A DNA stretch of 64,000 nt from NCBI RefSeq assembly GCF_044704955.1, contig NC_091980.1, positions 99,324,001 to 99,388,000 on the forward strand. Reading direction: 5' to 3'. The translations under genes were made by a program, and so were the position numbers. The DNA comes from Pristiophorus japonicus (taxonomy: Eukaryota). The notes under the pieces were generated by a model, which was not told the DNA's origin, searched no databases, and worked only from the letters and a program-made list of their open reading frames with translations. This document shows positions 49,551 through 61,100 of the stretch, piece by piece (positions within the stretch are counted from its first letter, which is position 1; every line of letters starts with the position of its first letter).

Positions 49551-49987
49551 TATAGGCACCAAATTCGGGCAAATATCTGGCTGGTAACAGCTAATTTTTT
49601 TTTCCCAATTTGCTTAAAGCTCTAAACTCTTCCTCCTTCCTCCCAAAGCAGCCATACGACACCCACACATGCTTTCACTCCCTCTCAGCTCCCTCTCTAT
49701 CTGTCTCCTCTTCTGCGCATGTCATGATGATCCTTGACCTCCTGAATCGCAGGAATCGAGCGTTGCCATGCCGTTGCTAAGGACGGCGACACTTTACGGC
49801 AGAAAGTCAGAGAGATTTAACGCTACCACCCATTTCATATCGCTCGCAGTAACACCCAATTTCAAAAATGGAGACTAGGGGCTTTGAGAATGGGCGACAT
49901 GCCGGCGATCTGAAAACCCATTTTTACCGCCCACGCCGGAAATAACGCCCATTTTTAGGCGATATGCACAAAATTGTAAAATCTAGC

Positions 49988-50958
49988 AAGGAAATAAAGG
50001 AGAGTCTCAAATTAAAGACCAATGCGTATAAGGTGGCCAAGGTTAGTGAGAAAATAGAAGATTGGTAAAATTTTAAACGATAGCAAAGAATGACTAAGAA
50101 ATCAATAAAGAAAGGAAAGATAGATTACGAAGGTAAACTTGCGCAAAACATAAAAACAGATAGTAAAAGCTTTTACAGATATATAAAACGGAAAAGAGTG
50201 ACTAAAGTAAATGTTGGTCCCTTAGAAGATGAGAAGGGGGATTTAATAATGGGAAGTGTGGAAATGGCTGAGACCTTAAACAATTATTTTGCTTCGGTCT
50301 TCACAGTGGAAGACACAAAAACCATGCCAAAAATTGCTGGTCACAGAAATGTGGGAAGGGAGGACCTTGAGCCAATCACTATCACTAGGGGGGTAGTGCT
50401 GGACAGGCTAATGGGACTCAAGGTAGACAAGTCCCCTGGTCCTGATGAAATGCATCCCAGGGTATTAAAAGAGATGGCGGAAGTTATAGCAGATGCATTC
50501 GTTATAATCTACCAAAATTCTCTGGACTCTGGGGAGGTACCAGCGGATTGGAAAGCAGCTAATGTAACGCCTCTGTTTAAAAAAGGGGGCAGACAAAAGG
50601 CAGGTAACTATAGGCCAGTTAGTTTAACATCTGTAGTGGGGAAAATGCTTGAAACTATCATTAAGGAAGAAATAGCGGGACATCTAGATCGGAATAGTTC
50701 AATCAAGCAGACGCTTGGATTCATGAAGGGGAAATCATGTTTAACTAATTTACTGGAATTCTTTGAGGATATAACGAGCATGATGGATAGAGGTCTACCG
50801 ATGGATGTGGTGTATTTAGATTTCCAAAAGGCATTCGATAAGGTGCCTCACAAAAGGTTACTGCAGAAGATAGAGGTATGTGGAGTCAGAGGAAATGTAT
50901 TAGCATGGATAGAGAATTCGCTGGCGAACAGAAAGCAGAGAGTCAGGATAAATGGGTC
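49988..50958 (+). mobile_element. CR1 (CR1-C family), 5' part of a split copy
   Basis: The 290-aa ORF is nearly identical to 22883-23920. The copy resumes at 55028. Confidence 0.93.
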
Positions 50959-51057
50959 ATAGAAACATAGAAACATAGAAAATAGGTGCAGGAGTAGGCC
51001 ATTCGGCCCTTCTAGCCTGCACCGCCATTCAATGAGTTCATGTCTGAACATTCAACT

Positions 51058-53667
51058 TCAGTACCCCATTCCTGCTTTCTCGCCATACCCCTTGATCCCC
51101 CTAGTAGTAAGGACCTCATCTAACTCCTTTTTGAAAATATTTAGTGAATTGGCCTCAACAACTTTCTGTGGTAGAGAATTCCACAGGTTCACCACTCTCT
51201 GGGTGAAGAAGTTCCTCCGCATCTCGGTCCTAAATGGCTTACCCCTTATCCTTAGACTGTGACCTCTGGTTCTGGACTTCCCCAACATTGGGAACATTCT
51301 TCCTGCATCTAACCTGTCTAACCCCGTCAGAATTTTAAATGTTTCTATGAGGTCCCCTCTCATTCTTCTGAACTCCAGTGAATACAAGCCCAGTTGATCC
51401 AGTCTTTCTTGATAGGTCAGTCCCGCCATCCCGGGAATCAGTCTGGTGAACCTTCGCTGCACTCCCTCAATAGCAAGAATGTCCTTCCTCAGGTTAGGAG
51501 ACCAAAACTGTACACAATACTCCAGGTGTGGCCTCACCAATGCCCTGTACAACTGTAGCAACACCTCCCTGCCCCTGTACTCAAATCCCCTTGCTATGAA
51601 GGCCAACATGCCATTTGCTTTCTTAACCGCCTGCTGCACCTGCATGCCAACCTTCAATGACTGATGTACCATGACACCCAGGTCTCTTTGCACCTCCCCT
51701 TTTCCTAATCTGTCACCATTCAGATAATAGTCTGTCTCTCTGTTTTTACCACCAAAGTGGATAATCTCACATTTATCCACATTATACTTCATCTGCCATG
51801 CATTTGCCCACTCACCTAACCTATCCAAGTCGCTCTGCAGCCTCACAGCATCCTCCTCGCAGCTCACACTGCCACCCAACTTAGTGTCATCCGCAAATTT
51901 GGAGATACTACATTTAATCCCCTCATCTAAATCATTAATGTACAGTGTAAACAGCTGGGGCTCCAGCACAGAACCTTGCGGTACCCCACTAGTCACTGCC
52001 TGCCATTCTGAAAAGTCCCCATTTACTCCTACTCTTTGCTTCCTGTCTGACAACCAGTTCTCAATCCATGTCAGTACACTACCCCCAATCCCATGTGCTC
52101 TAACTTTGCACATCAATCTCTTGTGTGGGACCTTGTCGAACGCCTTCTGAAAGTCCAAATATACCACATCAACTGGTTCTCCCTTATCCACTCTACTGGA
52201 AACATCCTCAAAAAATTCCAGAAGATTTGTCAAGCATGATTTCCCTTTCACAAATCCATGCTGACTTGGACCTATCATGTCACCTCTTTCCAAATGCACT
52301 GCTATGACATCCTTAATAATTGATTCCATCATTTTACCCACTACCGATGTCAGGCTGACCGGTCTATAATTCCCTGTTTTCTCTCTCCCTCTTTTTTTAA
52401 AAAGTGGGGTTACATTGGCTACCCTCCACTCCATAGGAACTGATCCAGAGTCAATGGAATGTTGGAAAATGACTGTCAACGCATCCACTATTTCCAAGGC
52501 CACCTCCTTAAGTACTCTGGGATGCAGTCCATCAGGCCCTGGGGATTTATCGGCCTTCAATCCCATCAATTTCCCCAACACAATTTCCCGGCTAATAAGG
52601 ATTTCCCTCAGTTCCTCCTCCTTACTAGACCCCCCGACCCCTTTTATAACCGGAAGGTTGTTTGTGTCCTCCTTCGTGAATACCGAACCAAAGTACTTGT
52701 TCAATTGGTCCGCCATTTCTTTGTTCCCCGTTATGACTTCCCCTGATTCTGACTGCAGCGGACCTACGTTTGTCTTTACTAACCTTTTTCTCTTTACATA
52801 TCTATCGAAACTTTTGCAATCCGTCTTAATGTTCCCTGCAAGCTTCTTCTCATACTCCATTTTCCCTGCCCTAATCAAACCCTTTGTCCTCCTCTGCTGA
52901 GTTCTAAATTTCTCCCAGTCCCCAGGTTCGCTGCTATTTCTGGCCAATTTGTATGCCACTTCCTTGGCTTTAATACTATCCCTGATTTCCCTTGATAGCC
53001 ACGGTTGAGCCACCTTCCCTTTTTTATTTTTATGCCAGACAGGAATGTACAATTGTTGTAATTCATCCATGCGGTCTCTAAATGTCTGCCATTGCCCATC
53101 CACAGTCAACCCCTTAAGTATCATTCGCCAATCCATCCCAGCCAATTCACGCCTCATACCTTCAAAGTTAGCCTTCTTTAAGTTCTGAACCATGGTCTCT
53201 GAATTAACTGTTTCATTCTCCATCCCAATGCAGAATTCCACCATATTATGGTCACTCTTCCCCAAGGGGCCTCGCACAACGAGATTGCTAATTAATCCTC
53301 TCTCATTACATAACACCCAGTCTAAGATGGCCTCCCCCCGAGTTGGTTCCTCGACATATTGGTCTAAAAAACCATCCCTTATGCACTCCAGAAAATCCTC
53401 CTCCACCGTATTGTTTCCAGTTTGGTTAGCCCAATCTATGTGCATATTAAAGTCACCCATTATAACTGCTGCACCTTTATTGCACGCACCCCTAATTTCA
53501 TGTTTGATGCCCTCCCCAACATCACTACTACTGTTTGGAGGTCTGTACACAACTCCCACTAACGTTTTTTGCCCTTTGGTGTTCTGCAGCTCTACCCATA
53601 TAGATTCCACATCATCCAAGCTAATGTCCTTCCTAACTATTGCCTTAATCTCCTCCTTAACCAGCAA
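51058..53667 (-). CDS. CR1 ORF2 APE endonuclease-reverse transcriptase (869 aa open; N-terminus in a shifted frame to ~53963)
   Basis: Uninterrupted frame with GDFN, SDH, QGSVL and FADD. The LCLNARS endonuclease start lies in 53670-53963. Confidence 0.92.
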   Translation of the reverse strand: MLVKEEIKAIVRKDISLDDVESIWVELQNTKGQKTLVGVVYRPPNSSSDVGEGIKHEIRGACNKGAAVIMGDFNMHIDWANQTGNNTVEEDFLECIRDGFLDQYVEEPTRGEAILDWVLCNERGLISNLVVRGPLGKSDHNMVEFCIGMENETVNSETMVQNLKKANFEGMRRELAGMDWRMILKGLTVDGQWQTFRDRMDELQQLYIPVWHKNKKGKVAQPWLSREIRDSIKAKEVAYKLARNSSEPGDWEKFRTQQRRTKGLIRAGKMEYEKKLAGNIKTDCKSFDRYVKRKRLVKTNVGPLQSESGEVITGNKEMADQLNKYFGSVFTKEDTNNLPVIKGVGGSSKEEELREILISREIVLGKLMGLKADKSPGPDGLHPRVLKEVALEIVDALTVIFQHSIDSGSVPMEWRVANVTPLFKKRGREKTGNYRPVSLTSVVGKMMESIIKDVIAVHLERGDMIGPSQHGFVKGKSCLTNLLEFFEDVSSRVDKGEPVDVVYLDFQKAFDKVPHKRLMCKVRAHGIGGSVLTWIENWLSDRKQRVGVNGDFSEWQAVTSGVPQGSVLEPQLFTLYINDLDEGIKCSISKFADDTKLGGSVSCEEDAVRLQSDLDRLGEWANAWQMKYNVDKCEIIHFGGKNRETDYYLNGDRLGKGEVQRDLGVMVHQSLKVGMQVQQAVKKANGMLAFIARGFEYRGREVLLQLYRALVRPHLEYCVQFWSPNLRKDILAIEGVQRRFTRLIPGMAGLTYQERLDQLGLYSLEFRRMRGDLIETFKILTGLDRLDAGRMFPMLGKSRTRGHSLRIRGKPFRTEMRRNFFTQRVVNLWNSLPQKVVEANSLNIFKKELDEVLTTRGIKGYGEKAGMGY

Positions 53668-54040
53668 TGCTACCCATCTCCTTTTCCTTTTATTCTATCC
53701 TTCCTGAATGTTGAATACCCCTGGATGTTGAGTTCCCAGCCCTGATCATCCTGGAGCCACGTCTCCATAATCCCAATCACATCATATTTGTTAACATCTA
53801 TTTGCACAGTTAATTCATCCACCTTATTGCGGATACTCCTTGCATTAAGACACAAAGCCTTTAGGCTTGTTTTTTTAACACCCTCTGTCCTTTTAGAATT
53901 TTGCTGTACAATGGCCCTTTTTGTTCTTTGCCTTGGGTTTCTCTGCCCTCCACTTTTCCTCATCTCCTTTCTGTCTTTTGTTTTTGCCTCCTTTTTGTTT
54001 CCCTCTATCTCCCTGTATTGGTTCCCATCCCCCTGCCATA

Positions 54041-54989
54041 TTAGTTTAACTCCTCCCCAACAGCACTAGCAAACACTCCCCCGAGGACATTGGTTCCGAT
54101 TGTGCCCAGGTGCAGACCGTCCGGATTGTACTGGTCCCACCTCCCCCAGAACCGGTTCCAATGCCCCAGGAATTTGAATCCCTCCCTGCTGCACCATTGC
54201 TCAAGCCACGTATTCATCTGAGCTATCCTGCGATTCCTACTCTGACTAGCATGTGGCACTGGTAGCAATCCCGAGATTACTACTTTTGAGGTCCTACTTT
54301 TTAATTTAGCTCCTAGCTCCTTAAATTCATTTCGTAGGAACTCATCCCTTTTTTTTACCTATGTCATTGGTACCAACGTGCACCACAACAACTGGCTGTT
54401 CTCCCTCCCTTTTTAGAATGTCCTGCACCCGCTCCGAGACATCCTTGACCCTTGCACCAGGGAGGCAACATACCATCCTGGAGTCTCGGTTGCGGCCGCA
54501 GAAACGCCTATCTATTCCCCTTACAATTGAATCCCCTATCACTATCGCTCGCCCACTCTTTTTCCTGCCCTCCTGTGCAACAGAGCCAGCCACGGTGCCA
54601 TGAACTTGGCTGCTGCTGCCCGCTCCTGATGAGTCATCCCCCTCAACAGCACTCAAAGCAGTGTATCTGTTTTGCAGTGGGATGACCACAGGGGACCCCT
54701 GCACTACCTTCCTTGCACTACTCTTCCTGCTGGTCTTCCATTCCCTCTCTGGCTGTGGACCCTTCTCCTGCGGTAAGACCAACTCGCTACACGTGATACT
54801 CACGTCATTCTCAGCATCGTGGATGCTCCAGAGTGAATCCACCTTCAGCTCCAACTCCGCAACGCGGACCGTCAGTAGCCGGAGGTGGACACACTTCCCG
54901 CACATGTAGTTGTCAGGGACACTGGTGTTGTCCCCGTGTTTCCACATGGTACAGGAGGAGCATATCACGTGACCGAGCTGTCCTGCCAT
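54041..54989 (-). pseudogene. CR1 ORF1 (zinc finger + SGNH esterase), one frameshift in an A-run
   Basis: CSSC..CGKC, GDSIVRG, HVGTND and DGLHL motifs. Confidence 0.92.
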
Positions 54990-55027
54990 GACTTAACCCT
55001 TAGATACACTTAAATTGCCGACAACAA

Positions 55028-56104
55028 TTTTCGGGTTGGAAATCGGTGGTTAGTGGTGTGCCACAGGGATCGGTGCTGGGACCACAACTGTTTACAATAT
55101 ACATAGATGACCTGGAAGAGGGGACAGAGTGTCATGTAACAAAATTTGCAGATGACACAAAGATTAGTGGGAAAGCGGGTTGTGTAGAGGACACAGAGAG
55201 GCTGCAAAGAGATTTAGATAGGTTAAGCGAATGGGCTAAGGTTTGGCAGATGGAATACAATGTCGGAAAATGTGAGGTCATCCACCTTGGGAAAAAAAAA
55301 ACAGTAAAAGGAAATATTATTTGAATGGGGAGAAATTACAACATGCTGAGGTGCGGAGGGGTCCTTGTGCATGAATCCCAAAAAGTTAGTTTGCAGGCGC
55401 AGCAGGTAATCAGGAAGGCAAATGGAATTTTGGCCTTCATTGCGAGAGGGATGGAGTACAAAAGCAGGGAGGTCCTGCTGCAACTGTATAGGGTATTGGT
55501 GAGGCCGCACCTGAAGTACTGCGTGCAGTTTTGGTCACCTTACTTAAGGAAGGATATACTAGCTTTGGAGGGGGTACAGAGACGATTTACTAGGCTGATT
55601 CCGGAGATGAGGGGGTTACCTTATGATGATAGATTGAGTGGACTGGGTCTTTACTCGTTGGAGTTCAGAAGGATGAGGGGTGATCTTATAGAAACATTTA
55701 AAATAATGAAAGGGATAGACAAGATAGAGGCAGAGAGGTTGTTTCCACTGGTAGGGGAGACTAGAACTAGGGGGCACAGCCTCAAAATACGGGGGAGCCA
55801 ATTTAAAACCGAGTTGAGAAGGAATTTCTTCTCCCAGAGGGTTGTGAATCTGTGGAATTCTCTGCCCAAGGAAGCAGTTGAGGCTAGCTCATTGAATGTA
55901 TTCAAGTCACAGATAGATAGATTTTTAACCAATAAGGGAATTAAGGGTTACGGGGAGCGGGCGGGTAAGTGGAGCTGAGTCCACGGCCAGATCAGCCATG
56001 ATCTTGTTGAATGGTGGAGCAGGCTCGAGGGGCTAGATGGCCTACTCCTGTTCCTAATTCTTATGTTCTTATTTTCTTATGTTCTTATGTTCTTATGTTC
56101 TTAT
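55028..56104 (+). mobile_element. CR1 (CR1-C family), 3' part of the split copy
   Basis: GVPQGSVLGP and KFADD motifs; (ttcttatg)n tail. Confidence 0.95.
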
Positions 56105-56319
56105 CTTGCTGGGCTGGTATGAATCCAACAGGCACTCCTTTGCCCACTACCTCAATGCCCTTTATTCTAATTATTTAGAGGACTGGCTCCTCATGTCAAT
56201 TGAGACCACTCAGGTTATGTAGTCTGCCTCCACTGCATGCAGTCTCACAAAGGTTGTAGGTAACCATGTCCTTCTACCAGAGAATATGTTCATTATCATT
56301 AGACTAGATGTAAACAACC

Positions 56320-57920
56320 AACGGGAGGAGGCTCTATGTGCATCCCAATCCTCAATGATGGCAGAGTGTAAAAGACAAGGCTGAAGCATTTGCAGCCATC
56401 TTCAACCAGAGTTGCCGAGTGTATGATCCATCTCAGCCTCCTCCTGAGGTCCTCACCATCACAGAAGCCAGTCTTCAGCTAATTTGATTCACTCCTCGTG
56501 ATATCAAGAAATGGCTGAGCGCACTGGATACAGCTAAGTCTATGGGCCCCGACAACATCCCGGATGTTGTGCTGAAGATTTGTGTTTCAGAACTAGTCGT
56601 GCCTCTAGCCAAGCTGTTCCAGTTCAGCTACAACACTGGCATCTACCCGACAATGTGGAAAACTGCCCAGGTATGCCCTGTCCACAAAAAGCAGGATAAA
56701 TCCAATATGGACAATTTCCACCCCATCAGTCTACTCTCAATCATCAGCAAAGTGTCATCAACAGTGCTATCAAGAGGCACTTACTCACCAATAACCTGCT
56801 CACTGATGCTCAGTTTGGATTTCACCAGGACCACATTATAGCCAAACTCCAAACATGGACAGAAGAGCTGAATTCTAAAGGTGAGTTGAGAGTAACTGCC
56901 CTTGACATTAAGGTAGCATTTGGCCGAGTGGGAATCAGGGGGGAAACTCTCCATTGGCTGAAGACAAAGGAAGGTGGTTGTGGTTGATGGATGCCAATCA
57001 TCTCAGCCCCAGGATATTGCTACAAGTGTTCCTCAGGCCAGTGTCCTCAGCCCAACCATCTTCAGCTGCTTCATCAATGACCTTCGTTCCATTATGTCAG
57101 AAATGGGGATGTTCGCTGATGATTGCACAGTGCTCAGTTCCATTCGCAACTCCTCAGATAATGAAGCAATCTACGCCCGCATGCAGCAAGACCTGGACAA
57201 CATTCAGGCTTGGACTGATAAGTGGCAAGTAACATTCGTGCCACACAAGTACCAGGCAATAGCTATCTCCAACAAGAGAGAGTCTAATCACCACCCCTTG
57301 ACATTCAACAGCATTACCATCGCCGAATCACCCAACATCAAGACCCTGCTGGTCACCTTTGATCAGAAACTTAACTGAACCAACCACATAAATACTGTGA
57401 CTACAAGAGCAGGTCAGAGGCTGGGCATTTTGCAGTGGGTGTCTCACCTCCTGACTCCCCAATGCTTTCCCATCATCTAAACGGTACAAGTTAGGAGTGT
57501 GATGGAATACTCTCCACTTGCCTGGATGAGTGCTGCTCCAACAAAACTGAAGAAGCTCGACACCATCCAGGACAAAGCAAGCCACTTTTTTGGCACCCCA
57601 TCCACCACCTTAAACATTCACTCCCTTCACCACCAGCATGCCGTGGCTGCAGTGTGCACCATCTACAAGATGCACTGCAGCAGCTCACCAAGGCTTCTTC
57701 GACAGCACCTCCCAAACGCCTGATCTCTACCACCTAGAGGACAAAGGTAGCAGATGCATGCGAACACCACTAATAGCACTATGGGAGTACATTCACCACA
57801 GGGACTGCAGTAGTTCAAGAGGGTGGCTCACCACTACCTTCTCAAGGGCAATTAGGGATGAGCAATAAATGCTGGCCTTGCCAGTGATGCCCACATCCCA
57901 GGAACAAATGTAAAAGAAAA
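56320..57920 (+). mobile_element. HER1-like (CR1/L2 group) LINE, decayed RT and 3' tail
   Basis: GPDNIP, PISLLS, VPQASVLSP and MFADD motifs; tail gggcaattagggatgagcaataaatgctggcc...gcccacatccca. Confidence 0.8.
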
Positions 57921-60139
57921 ATGTCTGGCCTACATTCCACCTGGTATAAAGGGAAGAGTAGAGAGTATGCAAGTAATTTGAGGAACCCGAGAGAGTGGGT
58001 AACAAAATATGATCCATTCAGTGAGTGAAGGTCAAGGCCTGGCCTTTGTCTGTCATAAAGTTTGTGCTGTACCTTTATTGAGATGGTAGTGAGGGGTTGT
58101 TAGATGTTAGATTTATCCAGCGCTTTGTTGATCTGACAACATTCTATGATTTGAGTCCTTGACACATTGCTTTCCTTTCAGTGGGCATAATTTATTGAAG
58201 CTTACCTTGGTTCCTCAGCCCTGAGAGTCTTTTGCACATTTGCTCCCATGACTTATTGACAAAGGAAACTGCATTGTTTGCCACCTCTTGCTGTGCATGT
58301 TGCACTGCAGCTTTATTAGAAGGATATCCCTCTGCAACAAAAATAGTTACTTCTTCCTGTGCCACCTCCTTAAGTAGAACTCCAGGGTTTTATTGGTGAA
58401 GGGGATAATTCTCCGTGCTTCTCCAGCCATATTCTGACTCACCTGGTAACCAAAACTGTGCCATATCCCTTTAAATACAGCATCTTTTTAATAGCTGTAT
58501 TTCAGATTTCCTGCTCCTCCAAGTCTCTCAACACTCGATAAGCAAATAAATAGGGAGCAGAAAGTTAAGGCAAGTTATTGGGCTTGTTATACTTTATCTT
58601 TGTAAAAACTAAAGAAACTTTCCATTAAAATGTGAAGATATTTATTTAGGGTAATTAACTCCCCGTGAACTTTTCTTCTATTTATGTTTTGCATTGTCCT
58701 CTTTATTACTTGGTGAATGTTGTAAACTTTCTATTTATGTTTAATTGTAAAATATATATTAGCATCTGCAGTCTATTTAATATCTGCCAATCAGAAGTGT
58801 GTAAGCAGATTACTGCCAATAGCATTCTTCAGGTCATACAACTCATCAAAGTGCAGATTATCGATTTTTCAAAATAGAGCTTCCAGATTGTTGGGTGCAA
58901 AGTCAGTTTACAGCAACCGCTATGTATCTATTGAAAGATGAAACTGTTCTATAACCATCTGAAATTATAATGGGCCCAAACAGTGCTCAATGAGTGTGTT
59001 ATCTCTCTGCAGATGTCAATACAGTCTGTCATAGTCAAATCAAATTAAATGAGGATAAATTACAAAGTTACAAAAGAAAAAGAAATAAAGGGTGCAGGGT
59101 GTAATGTTTGTCTTCATCTGGCTTATTAAAAGTTTACCAGTTCTCTTTAAGTGGAAAGAATGCCAACTACAAATTTGCATATTTTTTCAACCTTTACAAA
59201 TGTGCTATTAGTCTTTCCAAATTAACAACTTCACAAACTCAATTAAACCATAATTGGTAATTTTAAAAGTCAGAGAACTGATTATCTTTTAATCAGTAAC
59301 AATAGAGTACCAGAAAGGAACTTAAGTGGAATATCTTAATGGACAGAGAGATCTGCTATCAAGGATCTCAGTAAATTACCTTTGCTGCCTGCCCTTTCCC
59401 CCCACAATTAAGAATGAATCTAGCCAAGTGCATACAAAAACATTAAGCTGAAAATTCAAAGCCTTTCCTGCCATAACTCCAGTAGAAGTGCACCTGAATA
59501 GCTGGAAAGTAGGATGGCTCCTGACCTTAGACAGGTGTTCCCCTGATTGACCTTCTGGGGGTGGAGCCTCTGTCTGTCCCTTCCAAGGTCAACAGCATAG
59601 GAGGGGGGCAGGAGCAGGGACTCACAACCAATGGTCCTGCACAAACCGTTCATCAGCTTTTGAATGGAAAAACCGCGCAAGTGTGGAACTTTGAATGGGC
59701 TGCACAGCCCGTTAAAGGGGCCGGCATCCAAAAAAAATTCAGGGAACATTGCTCCCAACACAAAGAGTCCCTGCAATCCCACCTCACAAAGGACCCCAGT
59801 GTATCATCAGTGTTGTTATTTCTGGTGAGACCAAGCATATCTGGTTATTGAATCATGGTATTGGGCTTCGCCTGGAATTCCAGGCCAGGATTGTGACCTA
59901 GAGCCCCAAAGATAAACAGATAAGTTTAAAATAAATATTTAAATGCAGGCCCCTAACAAAGAGAGTTTAGGAAGGCAATCCTTAAATATTTCTAGGTGGT
60001 GCTGACACCCCCACCCCACCACCTTCCAAGATGTTCACTACTGCCAAAGTATGCGGCCCCTTTAATGCCCAGGTACCCGAAATGTGCCTCTAATGGTGTG
60101 GAAACTCCCCATTGCCATTCAAATAAAGCAGCATTCGCC

Positions 60140-60365
60140 CCTGACCCTACAAACTTCGGCAGGGTCGAAGGCAAAGTGTTAGTTCAGGAGATCTTCGAAG
60201 TGCTCCTTCCAACAGGCACTGACTGCCTTTCTGTCCTTGAGGAGTACCTCTCCGTTCTTGGCCAGCAGTGGGGTAGGGTCTTGGGTGCTTGGGCCATAGG
60301 TGGTCTTGACTGCATTGAAGACTCCTCTCACCTTGTGGTTGTCGGCTAGCTGCTGGATCTCCTTA
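60140..60365 (-). mobile_element. RTE fragment, inverted
   Basis: The minus strand reads PLLAKNGEVLLKDRKAVSACWKEHFEDLLN. Confidence 0.75.
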
Positions 60366-60384
60366 AAGGATCCTGATCCTGACT

Positions 60385-60810
60385 AATGGATCCATCACAG
60401 ATCCAATTCACGTCCGGACTGGGGTCAAGCAAGGCTGCATCATCGCACCAATGCTCTTTACGATCTTCCTCACTGCAATGCTCCACTTCACCCTCTGCAA
60501 GCTCCCTACTGGAGTGGAACTAAATTATAGAACAAATGGGAATCTGTTCAACCTCTGCCGCTTCTAGGCCAGATCCAAGGTCGTCCCATCATTGAACTAC
60601 AGTGCCCAGGTGACGTTTGCGTCTGCGCACACTTGGAGGCTAAACTCCAAGCCATCATCAACATCTTCACCGAGGCAGACAAGAGCATAGGCCTTACGCT
60701 AAAAATCCGTAAGACAAAGATCGTCTACCAACCTGACCCCGTCACAGCACTGCCGCCCGGTCATCAAAATCCACGATGAGGCTTTGGATAACGTGAACCA
60801 TTTTCGATAT
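60385..60810 (+). mobile_element. RTE RT fragment
   Basis: TGVKQGCIIAP, YRTNGNLFNL and LDNVNHF motifs; interrupted by the Gypsy LTR. Confidence 0.8.
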
Positions 60811-61063
60811 TGTCATGTCTTTCACCATCTTGCAATGACTATACATATGTAACTGTAACTCATGCATACTGTACCTGTACCCTTGTAATGCACATCCTGA
60901 CCACAGGGCGTGAGCTCCTCACCTGGGCTTCCAGGTATAAAAGGGGAGGTCCCACCCAGGATCAGGCTTTTCAGTCCTGGAAATAAAGTGAAGGTCACAG
61001 AGTGACCGTGTCTGATATATCCATGCCTCGTGTGAGTTTGTAACAAGGTGCAGAGACACTACA
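60811..61063 (+). repeat. Gypsy 5' LTR
   Basis: TGTCA...CTACA ends with TATAAAA and AATAAA. Followed by PBS TGGCGACGAG (tRNA-Ser-like) at 61066. Confidence 0.88.
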
Positions 61064-61100
61064 TCTGGCGACGAGAACCGGGAATCACCGAACCACGAGG

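Larger units (their letters stand above)
45578..49987 (+). mobile_element. Harbinger-3: two-gene PIF/Harbinger
   Basis: TIRs gggctagattttaca / tgtaaaatctagc (last 2 nt missing), enclosing convergent genes. Confidence 0.9.
50958..55027 (-). mobile_element. CR1-D (CR1-A family), near full length, ORF1+ORF2
   Basis: (catagaaa)n tail, ORF2 and ORF1. Inserted antisense into another CR1. Confidence 0.97.
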
